From Candidatus Moanibacter sp. (GTDB taxonomy: Bacteria; Verrucomicrobiota; Verrucomicrobiia; Opitutales; UBA2987), in NCBI GenBank assembly GCA_965215885.1, contig CBDCEW010000047.1, positions 1 to 58,928 of the forward strand: a stretch of 58,928 bases of DNA. The letters are read 5' to 3'. The position numbers were made by a program, and so were the translations under genes. The notes beneath the pieces are model-generated. The model was not told the origin of the DNA and ran no database searches. It was given only the letters and a program-made list of their open reading frames with translations. Positions 1 to 10,482 of this stretch are shown in pieces; within the stretch, counting starts at the first letter, position 1, and each line of letters starts with the position of its first letter.

Positions 1-45
1 ATCCCGTTCGCCGATTGCGAGCACCCGCCAGTCTTTCAGCTTCAT
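1..45 (-). CDS. grdA: Glycine/sarcosine/betaine reductase selenoprotein A, N-terminus only (runs off window)
   Basis: Minus strand reads MKLKDWRVLAIGERD after a GGAG RBS; matches the GrdA start K-K-V-I-I-I-G-D-R-D; lies directly after grdC. Confidence 0.75.
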   Translation of the reverse strand, partial: MKLKDWRVLAIGERD

Positions 46-146
46 AAACTCCCTCCCATTAGTCGATTATTTCACAAAATAAGTGGACTAACCCAAGAAT
101 TGCAAGATGTCTCTCGCTGAGCGGGATCGGTAGTGAGATTTTCGGG

Positions 147-1574
147 TTACGGTTCGACCAGAAACGACACGCCGTCGGACAACTGGGTCATCCGACCAAG
201 AAATAGACTGCCTTTTGCCATGAACAGCGCGGACTTCATCTTACCGGCGCGCATCCTTCGGAGGGCATGCGCCAGATAGCACACCGCCGAGGCGATGTGT
301 CCCTGTGTTGGGGCATATCCGGGCATGCCATAGGACATGATGAACTCTCCGATCCCGTCGCGCGGAATTTCACCTCGCATGACTCCAAGCGCGGCGATGA
401 GGCGGTAGTTGCCTGTCGGGACGTCTCCACTGCCGGCGGGCTCCGTGACTTCGGGGTTGTGGCATCTCCGTCGCGTAGCGGTCAACCTGAGTCAGCCGAT
501 AGCCGGCCTTGCCGAGCGGACCCATCACCAGCGCCTCCACAATCTTCTGCTGCGACGATCCGCTGGCGATGTCGTGGAGACCCAGGATGTCGAGGCGGAC
601 GTCGGGATCAGAGCTGTTTCCGCGCTCCACCAGATCGCCACCCCCGCCAGGACATCCTCAAGGATAGGCATTTGCTTCGCCAGGTGCGCCCGATACTTCA
701 TGCCTAACTTCGCCAGGGATCCCCCGGCCACGACGACGACCCGGGAGAAGACACCGGACTGGACAAGCGCTGCCGCGTTGAAGGACTCCGTAGAGCGTTG
801 AGGCACAGAACGCCTTCACGTCGAACCCGGTGGCTCGCGTCGCGCCGGCGCTCTCGGCGACCGCCTTAGCCAGGTTGCCCCCCCGCTGATAGCGGTCGCC
901 CACCGCTTCCTCGATCCAGCGATGACGAAGTCGATGTCGCCGGGCCCGAGCCGTCCCTCAACCTGCAAAAACAGCCGGCGTAGAGCGAGGACTCCCGTCG
1001 CCTTAGTGGCAAGATTCTCGAGGAGCACGTTAGCCGTGAGCGCCTCGTCCTGCTCATGGGCGCGTACGATGGATCCGGCAACGGCATCGCCAAGCCAAAG
1101 CGGTATGGCCTCGCCACTCTTGATGGCACCCTGGATCGCTTTCGTCGGCGCCGACTTTAATGCCGCGAGCTCGGTGGCGCAGGCGAGTCGCCGCCCGGCC
1201 AGGCGCCCCCTGGCGGTCTCAAGCGTAGATTCGTCGAGCTGCACCAGCGAGGCGCGATCGCATATCTTCAACAGGCCAAGGAGCTCGACCTCGCTGATCA
1301 GATCGCCGAACGCCCCCTCGACTGACGCCCCCCGGTCGAGCGCGTCGAACCACGGCCGGGGCATGGCCCGCAACGCTTCGGGTTCGATGTTCCGATGTAG
1401 GCTTGGTTCGGCCCGTAGGCCACGGCGTCCTTCGTAGGAACGCAGGCGCGTGGAGATGGTATCGATGAGGGCGGGGTCCCGTCCCAGGTCCCGGAGGGGC
1501 TTAGATCCGTAGCGCACGAGCCCGGGCGCGTGCGCCAGGACGTTGGCGACGGCCGTGATGACTGGAAACCCCAT
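147..1574 (-). CDS. grdC: Glycine/betaine reductase component C beta subunit (KAS III-like fold), several frameshifts
   Basis: Joined ORF pieces: MGFPVITAVANVLAHAPGLVRYGSKP, LLENLATKATGVLA, GDRYQRGGNLAKAVAE, GGSLAKLGMKY, LEDVLAG, GDVPTGNYRLIAAL, GYAPTQGHIAS, KGSLFLGRMTQLSDGVSF. Confidence 0.85.
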
Positions 1575-1584
1575 CACCTTCCCA

Positions 1585-2910
1585 TCAACTCGGCCACAGT
1601 TTTGATTGTGGGCTTGTCGACCGCTGAGTGAGCATCCGTACCGCAGCCCGCAGGAGGTCAAGCGCCACGCACGCTCCGCCTCCGGGGTTAGGGTAAGTTC
1701 TCCCAGCGGATGATGGAAGCGACCTTCCGTTTTGAAGATGCGGTTGGCAGCCGATGCGCTCGGCAATGCTGATGAGCGCAGTGATAGCCACAACGGGAAT
1801 CTCCGCCCGCTCAATCTCCTTCGCAAGCGTAGCCCCGCTCGCGTGCCAGTCCCTCACGTGGCGGTCATGATCGCGGCCTGGATGCCCTGAGCCTTCATGT
1901 CCTGTGCGATCTCGGCACCGATGCGGGTCATCGTCTTGATGTTAGCCATGTTCCCCGTCGTCACGTAGTAGTAGTCGTAGAGCCGGCCGATGACGCCTTC
2001 CTTCTCCAATGTGCGGACCGCGTCAAGCGGGACGGCGCGGTCGGGGATCCTCGTCGGTCCCCGTCGTGTCGCACCCACCATGGAACGCCTGATACTTGCC
2101 CCGCTCGAGGTCGTTGAGCCCAGCGATCGAGTACTTGCACCATTTGGATGCGTTCCCCGTCTCTAGCCTGTCGGGATTGCCGAACGGCACGAGCCCCGAC
2201 TCCGTTACCAGGGCCACGAGGGCCCGGCCCAGTTCCGTGACGGGCGGGGCCGGTGGCACAGTGTCGAAACTCTCGATCAGCAGCTCGCTACGAAAGGGGC
2301 GACCCGCCAGTTTCGCCAGGAGCATCTCAACTGCTCGCTGACCCGCGCCCTGTTCCACGCGCAGATTCGGTCCGGATGCCGCGCGGGAAGTAGTCTTCTT
2401 CGTCGGCCCCCCCGATCTCAGCGCCACGCCCCAGCTTCAGCGCGAGGGCCGCGAGCTTCGGCAACGTCTCGCTCATCGCGGCGGCGGTCTGACCCGTCCT
2501 CAGGATGTAAACGTCGCTACGGAAGAGTTCCACGCCGGGATTGTTGACGTTCATGCTCGTGACCGCGGCCTTGCCGCGCTCCTGCCAGGGCGCGGGCTAT
2601 GGTGGCCGCAAGCGGTGCCGTAACGGCCCGAGCTGAAAGCGGGGCCGGCAACCAGTACATCTGCCCCGTAGCCTTCGGCCATCTGGAGCAGTTCGGCGAG
2701 CGCCTCTTCCTGGTGCTCCACGAAGAAATTGTCCCCGCAAATCAGCGTCCCGACGATGGTCCCATCGGCGCCCAGGTGCTTGGCCAGAACCACGCCGGGC
2801 CCGACTGATCCCGCACGATGGGTCGGCCTGGCATCCGCCTTGTCCTCACCCCCGATACCACCGAAGAACTGGTTGATGTAGTGGATGATCTTGACCGGTG
2901 TCGTCATCAT
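1585..2910 (-). CDS. grdB: Glycine/betaine/sarcosine/D-proline reductase family selenoprotein B (GrdB/GrdF/GrdH-like), in-frame UGA (Sec) at 1854-1856, several frameshifts
   Basis: KIIHYINQFFGGIGGEDKA, ICGDNFF, AGPAFSSGRYGTACG, ALVTESGLVPFGNPD, VPLDAVRTLEKEGVIG, MTAT-TGA-GTGTR(S)GATLAKEIER. Confidence 0.85.
1821..1853 (-). promoter_or_regulatory. Candidate bacterial SECIS hairpin 3' of the grdB UGA
   Basis: Transcript after UGA: GGGACTGGCA-CGCGAGCG-GGGCTA-CGCTTGCG, an 8-bp stem (one G-U) with a G-rich loop. Confidence 0.55.
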
Positions 2911-2929
2911 TTACCCTTTTCGAACAGCC

Positions 2930-4219
2930 TTATCCTAGAAAGTCTCGCGCCGTGAACCCATTGGTCTGCATCATCCAGAAGCCGGCGTACATTTCGTGCG
3001 CACTAACCGTGAGGCTGTCCGCCGCGCTCAATCGCTCTCCCCAACCCTCGTTCGAGCTAAACACCACCTCACTACCCCCAACGACGCGCTCCATGGCCGG
3101 CACCGTGAACCGCCGATCGGCCCCGCCGCCGCTCACAATAGCCGTGGCCTCAGGAGTAAAGTCAACAATCGGCCAGTCCTTCCTTCCACCCCGCCCAGCT
3201 CATGCACGATCTGTACGGTCCGGACGCCTGAGCGCTCGAGCGCGCGCACACTCTGCATGAAATCGACCCAGGTGTTGCCCGTGCCTTCGAGCGTCATTAC
3301 CGCGCCCTCGACACCGAGCATGCGGGCCACGTTCGCAACCATGTAGCCGTTGCGCTCTTTTCGTTCGTGATCCCCGAAGTGGCCTCGACAGAAAATCACC
3401 CCAACAAAGTTCAGATCCTTGCGGTGCCGGTGATAAAGGGCTCGGATCACGGGGTGGTTGAGGCGCAGCCAGGTCGGGATCTTTATCATGCTGCCGGTAG
3501 TGACCGCTGACGACTGCGCCGTCGAAATACTCGTTCGGATGTAAAACCGTGGGCACAAGGGACTCGACGGATTCCCGTAAAGGAATGTCTGGACCAGTAT
3601 CCCCTGCTGCTGCACCTGATCGACGTAGGCGACGCGAGGCAGGTCGGAACTCGCCTGGCCGAGCTCGAACTGCTCCACCTGGTCCGGCCCGGCAGCGTCC
3701 AAAGTCGTCTCGGCGAGACGCCGAGAGACCCGGAACGCGCCCAAACGGATCGCGGCCTCGAACTCGCGATTCGTGGCGCCCGGCTGCGGCGTAGAAGAGG
3801 AGGACCACGTTGTACGTATTTGAGCAGGCAGAGAGCAAGGCACCGGGCCCACTCATGTCAATGATGCCCTCGTTGAATTCTAGAATGCCACGTGTTGGCT
3901 CGGGTAATTGCGCGGATTCGAGCACTGCCAACTCGCCCAGGCGCCGAGTCACGCCGTCACCGACGGTACGGGCGGGCCCGAGAAAGCCCGCGGTGTCCCC
4001 ACCGACCTTGATCCGTGGCTCGATGGCGTCCATTACGTGCACGATGCGGGTCTTCTCGCCTGGCAAAACCAATTCGACCGTCACATCGGCGATAAAGTTG
4101 CTAACGTGCGCGAGCCGAGTGCCTTCCTCCCGATCGATTGTGAGAGTGCCGTTCGCGAACGCCGTACGGGAGCCGAATTCGACGGCGCTGACGGTGAAGC
4201 TCTCCAGAGTCAGGTTCAA
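2930..4219 (-). CDS. Reductase component B alpha/beta proprotein (GrdE/GrdI/PrdA family), several frameshifts
   Basis: VLPGEKTRIVHVMDAIEPRIK, EGIIDMSGPGA, PTVLHPNEYFDGAVVSG, LNHPVIRALY, KERN, GVEGAVMTLEGTGN; TTG start at 4219 (GTG at 4246 also possible). Confidence 0.8.
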
Positions 4220-4639
4220 GTCACTTCTCACGTAGTGAAAATCCAAATTTCACTGTGTCGACACGGTAACGACCTTCGGGTAGAGGTGTAAAGCGGAAAT
4301 TAAAGACTGTGCGTTTGGTCAGCAATGCTACGATACTTTGGATCGGATCAACCGGTTGATCGCTGATGCGTTCGACGATCTTCTCAACCCATCCAAGCGA
4401 TTTTTCAAGTTCCGCGAACGGCGCCAAGATAAGCCCGATTAACGAGAACGAAAATACGGTAGCGCGGTTCCCGCTGAGCGGGACCGCGTAGATGCTCGTA
4501 AGTGGTTGATATTTGTAGCCTGTCCCGCCCAGCGTGACAGGAACGTGGTCGAAGTTTCCGAAACGTCGACTTTATTAGCAAAATCAAATTTGAACTGATG
4601 ATAATAACTAAACCAAAGAATACCTCTGTTATGATATTC

Positions 4640-5943
4640 ATGCAATTGGATCGTTATTTTTGCGAATTAGAGAGAAAAGTATTCGTTCTGGCACTGTTCT
4701 GTTTCTGCTTCACTTACGGCAATGCTCAGTCTGTTGAAAAAAACCAGGAAACCCAGTTCCTGCGTGTGGATGCTGATTTTATTGGGGGGCAATGCTGAAG
4801 TGATCAGGGTGGATCATGAGATAAGTGAAATTTCCTTACCCCCGAATCTGACCCAAATTTCGGATGGAAGGCCTAGTGGTATCTCAAAGTCGACCGGAGC
4901 GAACTCGGGGGACACGCTTGCGCTGCGTGTTCGCGGGGGGACCTACAGGTCTGATGGATCCTGGGCCTGGATGAAGAGGGCCGTATATAGTTACGATCGA
5001 GAAAACTGGTTCCATACGAGTCCGGGTAAAAGAGAAGTAGATAATGGGATTTATCATACTGCGTATCGGCAGAAGGTGGATCACCCAACGGTTTGGTTTG
5101 CCTTTGCCCTACCATATACCCCTCCCCATGTCAGGCAGTTGACCCGGGGCGTTAGTGAAAAAACCGATTACGTGAAGCCTTCATCCTGGCCTGGTCAAGG
5201 GAGGATCGACCTGTTTACGGCATGCGGATTACCGCACCCGATTCAAAAAGAAAAAAAGCAGGAAATCAGGTATTTGGATCCATGCAAGACAGCATGCCTT
5301 TGAGTCCGGTAGCAGCTGGGTCGCCGATGGTTTTGTTCGCTGGCTTTGCTCGGATGATCCTGATGCTGCGTTCATCCGTAAGCATGCCATAGTTACTGTC
5401 ATTCCCATAATGGATGTCGATAGTGCCGTAAAAGGATACAGTGGAAAGATGCAACACCCACAGGATCACAACAGGGATTGGACGGATAAACCCTACTGGC
5501 CGGCGGTATCGGCCGCTCAGAATAGTCTAAAAGAAATGATCAAAGAAGATCAGCTTGATATTTTTGTCGACCTACATGGCCCCGGCGACCGGTCCCATAC
5601 TTTTTTCTCAGACCGATTTTGACAGCTATGAAGGATAAGAGCCAAGACTTTTGACGATTTTCTAAGAGCTTTCAGTGCCGAAAAGTGGAATTCGGAAAAT
5701 CCTCTGTGCCAACAGCCATCGAGCGATCTGATGTTGTATGATCTAGCCAAACCAGAATGGGGCGACGACTATTCTATGGCCTGGGTACTGAAAAATAGTT
5801 CGGAAAATGTGGTCGCTCTTACACTTGAGGTGTCGATGGATACGGAATTGAGCCACAAGGAAGGATACTATAGACAAGCGAAAAATATCGGGAGGGGAAT
5901 TTCCAATTTCGTAAGGGTTAAATTGGATGCTGAGGACTCCTGA
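4640..5943 (+). CDS. Secreted M14-family zinc carboxypeptidase (cytosolic-carboxypeptidase-like), frameshifted
   Basis: Signal-peptide-like start, VDADFIGGNA, WFAFALPYTP, IWIHARQHAFESGSSW (HxxE), IPIMDVD, DHNRDW, FVDLHGP across frames. Confidence 0.7.
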
Positions 5944-6083
5944 CCCGAATGGTGCCAAGATAAGGCAATTCGTAGCTCGGTGCTTTAGCCCGAGCTTCTG
6001 CATCTACGCGGGCTAAAGCACCGCGCTACCGTGGCTTCAGTCTCGATAATCGGGCCTATATTAGCGCCATTCGAGTCAGGAGT
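5936..6083. repeat. MITE/REPIN-like element: ~29-bp inverted ends around an inverted REP doublet
   Basis: ACTCCTGACCCGAATGGTGCCAAGATAAGG ... CCTATATTAGCGCCATTCGAGTCAGGAGT; inner GTAGCTCGGTGCTTTAGCCCG / CGGGCTAAAGCACCGCGCTAC. Confidence 0.7.
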
Positions 6084-6328
6084 TATTTATTGACTAAACA
6101 AATCGGGTCTCCTTTGAACTCGATTCTATGCCAGGACCCCTTTCGCTTCGATGCCGACATCGTTCCCGATGTGTGTTTCGACAAGGTTCGCGACAAGGTT
6201 TGCGACGAGGTTCGCCGAATTGAACCCTGAGTCGGCCTCCGTTGAGCCCGCCACCCGTTAACTGTCAGGATATTCTTGATCGGACTGCGAAGGAAACTCC
6301 TACATCGCTAGTAACCTTGTCGCGAACC

Positions 6329-6830
6329 TCACTCACGAATCTTGTCGACTGCAATACATTCCATACCAGCCTCTTCTACTCCAAACACTTGCTCAAATAA
6401 CGTCGCAATTCCAATTGTCTGACCAGCTATGTAGAACATGTTAAAAAGAACCAGAATTGCTACAGCAACTCTGAGAAAGTCGGATTGGAAAGTTATTGAA
6501 AGCCAATCCGGTAACGTAATCGCTCCACCGTGGCGCTGACCAAAATGCCAAAACTTTTTTGCAAATACGATGACGCCTAACCAGGTAATTGCGAAGCAAC
6601 CCAGATTCCACCAAAGTACGCATTCACCCCATTTATATGCCCAACCGGGAACGCCCATAAAAAGATTGGCACTCGCATAAGTAGCGCCAAGTGATATTCC
6701 CACTACCCATGGTCGAAGACTCCCTCTTGCGATGGCAAATCCGCGGAGTGTCTTACTCCACTTAACCCCCTGTTTCCCAATGTAGAACATTAGGACAATA
6801 TAGAGGGAAATGAGGATCCACAGAATGATC
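6329..6830 (-). pseudogene. Sodium:solute symporter (PutP/PanF-like) N-terminal fragment
   Basis: FAIARGSLRPWVVGISLGATYASANLFMGVPGWAY and GAITLPDWL; only ~160 aa of a roughly 480-aa family. Confidence 0.7.
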
Positions 6831-6843
6831 TTTAAGTTCGGGA

Positions 6844-7237
6844 TTAACGCCAGACGACACTTGCCTCCGGATATTGGGGAAAGATCTCGTCCTTAGTCAC
6901 GATTCTTAAGCCTCGATTTTGTGCCGTGGCAATAATCAGTCGGTCAAACGGATCGTTATGGATGTCTGGAAGTTCGGTTGCCCGATATCCAATCCGCCAA
7001 CTCACTGGAATCTCATTGATTCCGTGGTGCTCCATTGCCCGTTCCAAGAACTCCCGGTGCCCGGACAGGAAGGTCCAGCCTTCCGCGGTGAACCAGGATT
7101 CCAATTTCCATCCCTGTAATCGCGCTTATGAATAACTCACCTGCGCTCCGGCGAATCCACCTTCGCGCCTTTTTCGGAATTTTCCCCGGATCGGAAGCCA
7201 GCCAAACAAAAGCATGTGTGTCCAGAAGCAGCCTCAT
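6844..7237 (-). CDS. vapC: PIN-domain (VapC-like) toxin, one frameshift
   Basis: MRLLLDTHAFVW, FISAITGMEI, HNDPFDRLIIATA, IVTKD; ATGA overlap with the antitoxin stop. Confidence 0.85.
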
Positions 7238-7474
7238 CGTAGTCCCTCGGGCCAATCTTCCTTCCCGACTCCAGCGCAGGGGTCTCCGTGGGTAGACGGC
7301 TCCAAGGAGCTCAGGGTCAGCCTTCAACGGATCCCCGGCAGGCCGGTGCTGTACCAAATCAACCACCGGTTTACCATTTTTACAGATCGTGATCACCTCA
7401 CCCGTTTCTTGGACCTTCCTGATGATTTTTGAAAGGTGAGCTTTGACCTCGTAGATGTTGATTTTCTCCGCCAT
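7234..7474 (-). CDS. Phd/YefM-family antitoxin, frameshift near C-terminus
   Basis: INIYEVKAHLSKIIRKVQETGEVITICKNGKPVVDL upstream of the PIN toxin. Confidence 0.85.
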
Positions 7475-7539
7475 CCATCCTCCTTTCCATAGTGTCGGTA
7501 TGAACCTCCGAACTAGAGCCTGTTCAAACAGGCACTATA

Positions 7540-7559
7540 TAGTCAGACTAGTCAAGACT
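7540..7559. promoter_or_regulatory. Tandem palindromes, probable TA autoregulatory operator
   Basis: TAGTCAGACTA overlapping AGTCAAGACT, ~70 bp upstream of the antitoxin. Confidence 0.35.
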
Positions 7560-7984
7560 TATCTGTTCATCGAAGAGAACTCACAACACAGCACATTTAC
7601 CCTTGTCGAACAGGCTCAATCTATGGGACCGTGCTTGCGGGGGAGGTGCCAGATTACGAATTCCAACTGTATTCGTCCCGCGAAACCGTCTCCGGACTTG
7701 GTCCTGCGCTGTGTCAAAATAGCGGTCCTACAGATGAAAAAATCCATGCAGGTTCGTTCTACTACGACCCCGGAAAAAGATGTAATCCCGGTGTCCTCCG
7801 CATGTAAGGCCGCGTGAACACTGGGAGGGGAGGATCGTTTGCCGAGGATGCTCGTGGAATTGGGATTCTAATTCTTGCGGCCGGGTGTCTACTCGGCATA
7901 CCGCCACCATTTCAACCCCATAGTATCAATCGCCTTCGCACGGGAGGAGTGTTTGTATTTTATTTTCAACAAGCTATAAATTGT

Positions 7985-9303
7985 CAGTACTGTCCGGTTA
8001 TAAGTCAAACAACTCCAACTGTTTAGGAATGCGGTGTTCATTGAAAGTGTAATCGGTTTCTGTAAGTAGTTCAGTCATAGGAGTTTTCTCAAATAGGGTG
8101 AAGCTGAGAATCTGTAGGATTTTGTGCAAACTGATCTCCAGGCGAAGGCGTTTGCGGATGATGGCGATGAGCACATAGACGCTGACGGCAATCCAGATTT
8201 GAGTCTTCACAGCATTCTCGGAGGTGCCGAAAAAGCTCTTGATGCGCAAGTGCTGTTTGATCCATTTGAAGAACAATTCGATCTGCCAGCGTAAACGGTA
8301 AATCTGGGTGATGATTATGGCTGGGAGGGCAAACTGGTTGGTGAGAAACACGAAGCGCTCGGAACTGTCGGGGTCGAGGTAAGTGATACGCCGGAGTCTT
8401 TCGGGGTAGGCCTTGGCAGGATAGAAGCTGACCAGGGCAACGGTCTGGTCCGAACGCAGACCGGTTGATTTGTCGACCTTTTGAGAGTAGAGGCGGCGAA
8501 ACTGAAAGCCGCGGCGGGCGCGTGTGACGAAGAAAGAACCGCATTGTGCGATCCGATAGAGGCGCTCGTAATGCAGATAGGCTCGGTCCATTACATAGTA
8601 AGCACCGGCCTCGGGGATGATGAGATCCAGAATGTTTACGTCGTGAACTTTTCCATCGGTAATCTCGATAAAATAAGGGATAGAGCCTCTGAGATCGAGA
8701 AGCGTATGGACCTTCACCGCCCCCTTGTGCTTGCGGAAACGTGCCCACGGGAAGAGTGATAGACATAGATCGATCGTGGTGGAGTCCAGAGCGTAGAGCG
8801 TATTGTCCAGGTCGATGCCCAGATCCTCGTTTGAATACAAAGGACGAGCCATTGCGATGAGGACCTGTGCAAAGTCGGCGTAGATGCGCCAGTCTCGTTT
8901 CTCGTTGGCATCGGCGAGCGTGCTTTTGGATACTCCGCTTCGAATCCCTGCGTGGTATAGTTTTGGTTGTACTGCCCGCAGGCAGGTTTCGATGTCGCGC
9001 AGACTCTCCCGGTAGGTCAACTCGGCAAAACCCATGCAGAGAAATTGTTCGAAGCAACTGAACTTTTGAACTTTGTAGTCGCCTCCGTAGCGTTGGACGC
9101 AACGATGGAACTGATGGCGCGGAAGATAATCTATGATTTGAGAAAAAACGAATCGACCTGTATACATGATTTGGACCCTCGAAATTTTTGAGAGTCCACA
9201 AGGCTTTTTGCAATTTCAAGTCGAAAACAGCAGAAATCATATGTAAAATGTTGGTTATCAATCGATTAACCTGCGTTCCTAGAAAAACAACCGGACAGTA
9301 GTG
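7985..9303 (-). mobile_element. IS4-family insertion sequence
   Basis: TIRs CAGTACTGTCCGGTT / AACCGGACAGTAGTG; perfect 9-bp TSD ATAAATTGT at 7976-7984 and 9304-9312. Confidence 0.95.
7998..9167 (-). CDS. IS4-family transposase (DUF4372 + DDE), 389 aa
   Basis: ALDSTTIDL, VMDRAY, YRLRWQIELFFKWIKQ (YREK-type motif). Confidence 0.95.
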   Translation of the reverse strand: MYTGRFVFSQIIDYLPRHQFHRCVQRYGGDYKVQKFSCFEQFLCMGFAELTYRESLRDIETCLRAVQPKLYHAGIRSGVSKSTLADANEKRDWRIYADFAQVLIAMARPLYSNEDLGIDLDNTLYALDSTTIDLCLSLFPWARFRKHKGAVKVHTLLDLRGSIPYFIEITDGKVHDVNILDLIIPEAGAYYVMDRAYLHYERLYRIAQCGSFFVTRARRGFQFRRLYSQKVDKSTGLRSDQTVALVSFYPAKAYPERLRRITYLDPDSSERFVFLTNQFALPAIIITQIYRLRWQIELFFKWIKQHLRIKSFFGTSENAVKTQIWIAVSVYVLIAIIRKRLRLEISLHKILQILSFTLFEKTPMTELLTETDYTFNEHRIPKQLELFDL

Positions 9304-9535
9304 ATAAATTGTTACTGAGTAATTTGGAATCTCAGTGAAAGTGACGCTACCAACGTGCCCGTGCGAAGGCTAAAATCGATTCTGCTGTACAGCAGAACGA
9401 ATAGCTGCGTTCCAGACCGCAAACCCCTTGGTTACGTAGATTACTACGCGCCCAGGTGGTTTGAGGTCTGCGCCTTCCGTCGCCGCTTCGCTGTGCCGTG
9501 ACAAGTGCTCTTCATCACTTCTCAATTTTTTGAGA

Positions 9536-10482
9536 CTACGGGGTCAAGTTCGGTTCTCGACGGACAGGATAGTGACTCTCGTATAGATGAGCTGCCTGAA
9601 GTAACGTTAAATCGCTGAATGGCTTGCCGATAAACCCTAAGGCGATGGGTCGATCTCCGGAAATGTAGCCGGCAGGTACAACGATTGCAGGCAAGCGAGT
9701 GTGAGCAGCCAACGCAGTCTCCTCCATTCCTCTGAGACTTCGATTGTCCCATTTGCGAGGACCTTTCAGGCTAAAAGGATAAATCAAGGCATCCAGTTCC
9801 AGAGTATCAATCAATCGGATCAGTGCGTTACGCATCATTTCTTGAGTTCGGTGATGCGCCAGATATTCGTCGCTTTCGTCTGGCAAAGGCTGGCTTAGAT
9901 ACCGCACGCCCTTAACATTCTCTCTCCCCAATAGTTCAAGAAGACCGTCGACACTGTGAAAAGGGGCATGATCAGGCCATGTTGCGAAATAGGCGTCTCG
10001 AGCAGGCCAGTATTCAAAGCCATTCGTTGCACTGTTTTTTCGTTTTACCATTTCTACCAAATTGACGCCCGAAAAGACCGGGTCCACGAGGGTTGCCCCG
10101 GCCTCTTTAAGTGCCTCAATTGCCTTCTCGACAATCGGCAAGGCTTCAACTCGAGACGCGTCTGATAGAAACAACTCCCGCAGCACTCCAAACCGGAATC
10201 CCGCGATATCTCTGTCTTCCAGATGTTCTTCAAAATTTATGCCTCGGAAATGCCCGATGGCGTCCAGGGTTTTTGCATCCATTGGATCCCAGCCCGCCAT
10301 GACGTTGAGCAGGAGAGCGACATCGTAGGTACTTCTACCCATTGGCCCGATTCTGGTGAGCGAAGCAGAGTCCGCCAGTCCACCCGATCCGCTTACCAAC
10401 CCGTGTGTTGCCACCATCCCGACAATCCCACAATCCGCTGCGGGTATAACAACTGAACCTCCAGTGTCAGTTCCGAGAGCTA
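9536..10482 (-). pseudogene. Amidase-signature enzyme, 5'-truncated by the adjacent IS
   Basis: LALGTDTGGSVVIPAADCGIVG starts right at the IS boundary; IGPMGRS; PAIVVPAG near the C-terminus. Confidence 0.8.

Noticed and set aside
6170..6330. CRISPR-like repeats (CGACAAGGTT x3 and an inverted copy)
   Set aside because: Units are ~12 bp without unique spacers and there are no cas genes; REP-like
8089..9261. Long alternative-frame and antisense ORFs over transposases (also 10620-11414, 20742-21590, 54875-55585)
   Set aside because: Shadow ORFs of real genes, with no recognisable motifs
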